64,000 nt of DNA. Origin: a virus. The stretch is taken from positions 4,202 to 68,201 of the IMG/VR virus record IMGVR_UViG_3300048590_000360. One strand, given 5' to 3'. The stretch's first letter is position 1. Every line of letters starts with the position of its first letter. Positions 63,639 through 64,000 of the stretch are shown piece after piece. Made by a program: the position numbers and the translations under genes. The notes beneath the pieces are model-generated. The model saw nothing but the letters and a program-made list of their open reading frames with translations. It was not told where the DNA came from and made no database searches.

Positions 63639-64000
63639 TTAGAATGGAATTTCTTCATCATCAGTGAATGGATCGTCAAAACTTTCTTCTACCGGTTGTT
63701 CTACTTCTTCTTCCTTTTTCTTCCAACCTATTGCGGCATTAGTATTGAACGGTGCCTGTTGAGGTTCTTGTTTTGGAACTTCATTTGAAGTGTTTAAAAC
63801 GGGTTCATCGTTTTGAAGTTTTCTGCTTTTTAAATATTCCTGAAGGGATTTATCAAGTTCGATACCTTTATCATTTGCTTCGTTAGTTACTGTAATAACT
63901 TTGAATTTCGGGAACATAAATTCCACGTTGCCTTTTTTATCTTTTTCTGCACCGTGAATCTGTACAGCACCCTTATACACGTCGTTTTTATTTGTAAATT
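63639..64000 (-). CDS. ssb: single-stranded DNA-binding protein (N-terminus outside window)
   Basis: C-terminal acidic tip DDPFTDDEEIPF (canonical SSB D-D-D-I-P-F type), Gln/Pro-rich linker. The frame is open to position 64000. Confidence 0.7.
   Translation of the reverse strand, partial: FTNKNDVYKGAVQIHGAEKDKKGNVEFMFPKFKVITVTNEANDKGIELDKSLQEYLKSRKLQNDEPVLNTSNEVPKQEPQQAPFNTNAAIGWKKKEEEVEQPVEESFDDPFTDDEEIPF

Overview
AT-rich segment of a tailed dsDNA phage, transcribed almost entirely on the minus strand. Many Bacteroidota-type -7 promoter boxes (TAnnTTTG) suggest a Bacteroidota host. In transcription order (high to low coordinates):
- Replication/recombination genes: SSB with a DDEEIPF tail, a NinG-like protein and a PD-(D/E)XK nuclease.
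- An amidase endolysin, then portal, scaffold and major capsid.
- Tail or fibre-like genes.
- Cassette array B plus an intact tyrosine recombinase.
- Small structural genes.
- A glycosyltransferase block with a GroES-like gene.
- A terminase pair.
- Cassette array A.
- A GC-richer island with a RadC-like JAB protein, flanked by long ORF-free DNA that includes a 14-bp x6 tandem repeat.
- A 1214-aa structural protein.
- A plus-strand island (wHTH protein, methyltransferase).
- A three-gene operon ending in a 2862-aa giant protein with an HExxH motif.

The main finding is two arrays of about 12 and 8 small-ORF units. Unit boundaries carry a conserved G|TTAG core, and most are preceded by imperfect hairpins of the form YTAAC-A-stem..stem'-5 nt-GTTAG. 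The stems covary between sites. Each array begins exactly where an 87-bp perfect repeat ends. That repeat holds the recombinase upstream region plus its first 14 codons. The layout resembles an integron (recombinase, attI-like junction, attC-like sites). It differs in sitting on a phage, using an XerC/D-sized recombinase, and having ORFs that point toward the recombinase. All functional calls come from motifs read by eye; no database search was possible.
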